DNA of 6,231 nucleotides from a virus (Duplodnaviria; Heunggongvirae; Uroviricota; Caudoviricetes), in IMG/VR virus record IMGVR_UViG_3300029711_000132; one strand, 5' to 3'. Positions 5,623-6,231 of this stretch are shown here, piece by piece (the first letter of the stretch is position 1; each line of letters opens with the position of its first letter). The notes beneath the pieces were generated by a model. That model worked only from the letters and a program-made list of their open reading frames with translations, was not told where the DNA came from and searched no databases. The position numbers were made by a program, and so were the translations under genes.

Positions 5623-5815
5623 AAATTCATCGCAACGACACAACGATACGATAACCACCTGTTTCACCGTTGCGATGACCGCTTAGATCCGCAGTTTGAA
5701 TTTCAGCAGGCTTCGGGGAGTGCGAGGGGTGAAACGGACGCGTGAACGTCGGTGTGACCAGCTGAAATCAACTCAACATTTCATACCTTAGTCGCTTCAA
5801 CGAGGCGGCTTAGTT

Positions 5816-6100
5816 ATGACAACCGGCGGCCATCCACCGCCTGAATACGCGCAGAAGTCTTTATATGTTCAGCAGCCCAGCTTACGGGCAGGAGTTTTTA
5901 TGGTTCATCAACATTACGGAACGCAGACCGTTAATCGCGGTGCGGTCATGCCAGGAATGCTGGTCAAACGCAAAGATGGTACCTGGACTGCATCAGCTAA
6001 TTTACGCGGACGACTTTATCTGCATCGCGGCATTGAGCGCACTTATATACCCGTGACTTGCTCGTGGAAGTTTTTCTCGACGGACGCGGCAACGGTCTGA
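5816..6100 (+). CDS. Hypothetical protein (94 aa) in the position lambda uses for N; no arginine-rich motif
   Basis: Longest ORF in this interval, with a modest GAGG about 11 nt upstream. Composition is not obviously coding-like and there is no homology that I recognise; may be non-coding. Confidence 0.3.
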   Translation: MTTGGHPPPEYAQKSLYVQQPSLRAGVFMVHQHYGTQTVNRGAVMPGMLVKRKDGTWTASANLRGRLYLHRGIERTYIPVTCSWKFFSTDAATV

Positions 6101-6182
6101 ATCACTAATCCCCTTTCCTGTTTTCCGAATCAGCCTGGCATTCCGCGGGCGATTTTTTCACAGCCATTTTCAGGAGTTCAGC

Positions 6183-6231
6183 CATGAACGCTTATTACAT
6201 TCAGGATCGTCTTGAGGCTCAGAGCTGGGCG
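6183..6231 (+). CDS. 5' end of an ORF running off the window ([16 protein letters not shown]...)
   Basis: ATG preceded by AGGAG at 7-8 nt spacing. Only 16 codons are visible; identity unknown. Confidence 0.45.

Noticed and set aside
5623-5815. N-like antiterminator gene, or a second boxA (nutL), right of the pL-like promoter
   Set aside because: No ORF with an arginine-rich N-terminal motif. An Arg-rich stretch in another frame (VRGVKRTRERR) lacks an ATG and is only 23 codons. CGCTTAGAT and CGCTTCAAC are poor boxA matches.
5865-6056. 63-aa ORF in an alternative frame inside the 94-aa ORF
   Set aside because: Nested within the longer ORF, no RBS, no recognisable features.
6101-6182. Possible terminator (GC-rich CCGCGGGCG followed by ATTTTTT)
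   Set aside because: I could not draw a stable stem with a loop of adequate size; left unannotated.

Overview
This window is the immunity-replication core of a defective lambdoid prophage from an enterobacterium (E. coli/Shigella-like), read as a mirror image of the lambda map. A CI-like cleavable repressor (+ strand, 4120-4809) faces a divergent early-right operon on the - strand: cro-like (3785-4015), a YdaT-family protein in the cII position (3176-3715), an O-family initiator with five embedded ori iterons (2160-3089), near-lambda-identical P (1459-2163, containing a 54-nt N gap) and a truncated ren (1289-1462). Two self-contained accessory cassettes flank this core: a BamE-like outer-membrane lipoprotein gene directly downstream of cI in the position lambda uses for rexAB (5039-5419, own terminator), and a Sec-secreted 164-aa protein gene downstream of ren (648-1142, own RBS and terminator). 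Left of that the prophage is cut off by nested insertion sequences: an IS3-family element (IS150-like end) whose orfA is itself interrupted by IS30. Right of the lipoprotein lie OL/pL-like operators and a GC-rich leader with no recognisable N gene. The two envelope-targeted accessory genes are the best candidates for an undescribed prophage-encoded function; nothing here can be assigned to a known defence system from sequence alone. All identifications are from reading the sequence and recalled protein families; no database search was run.
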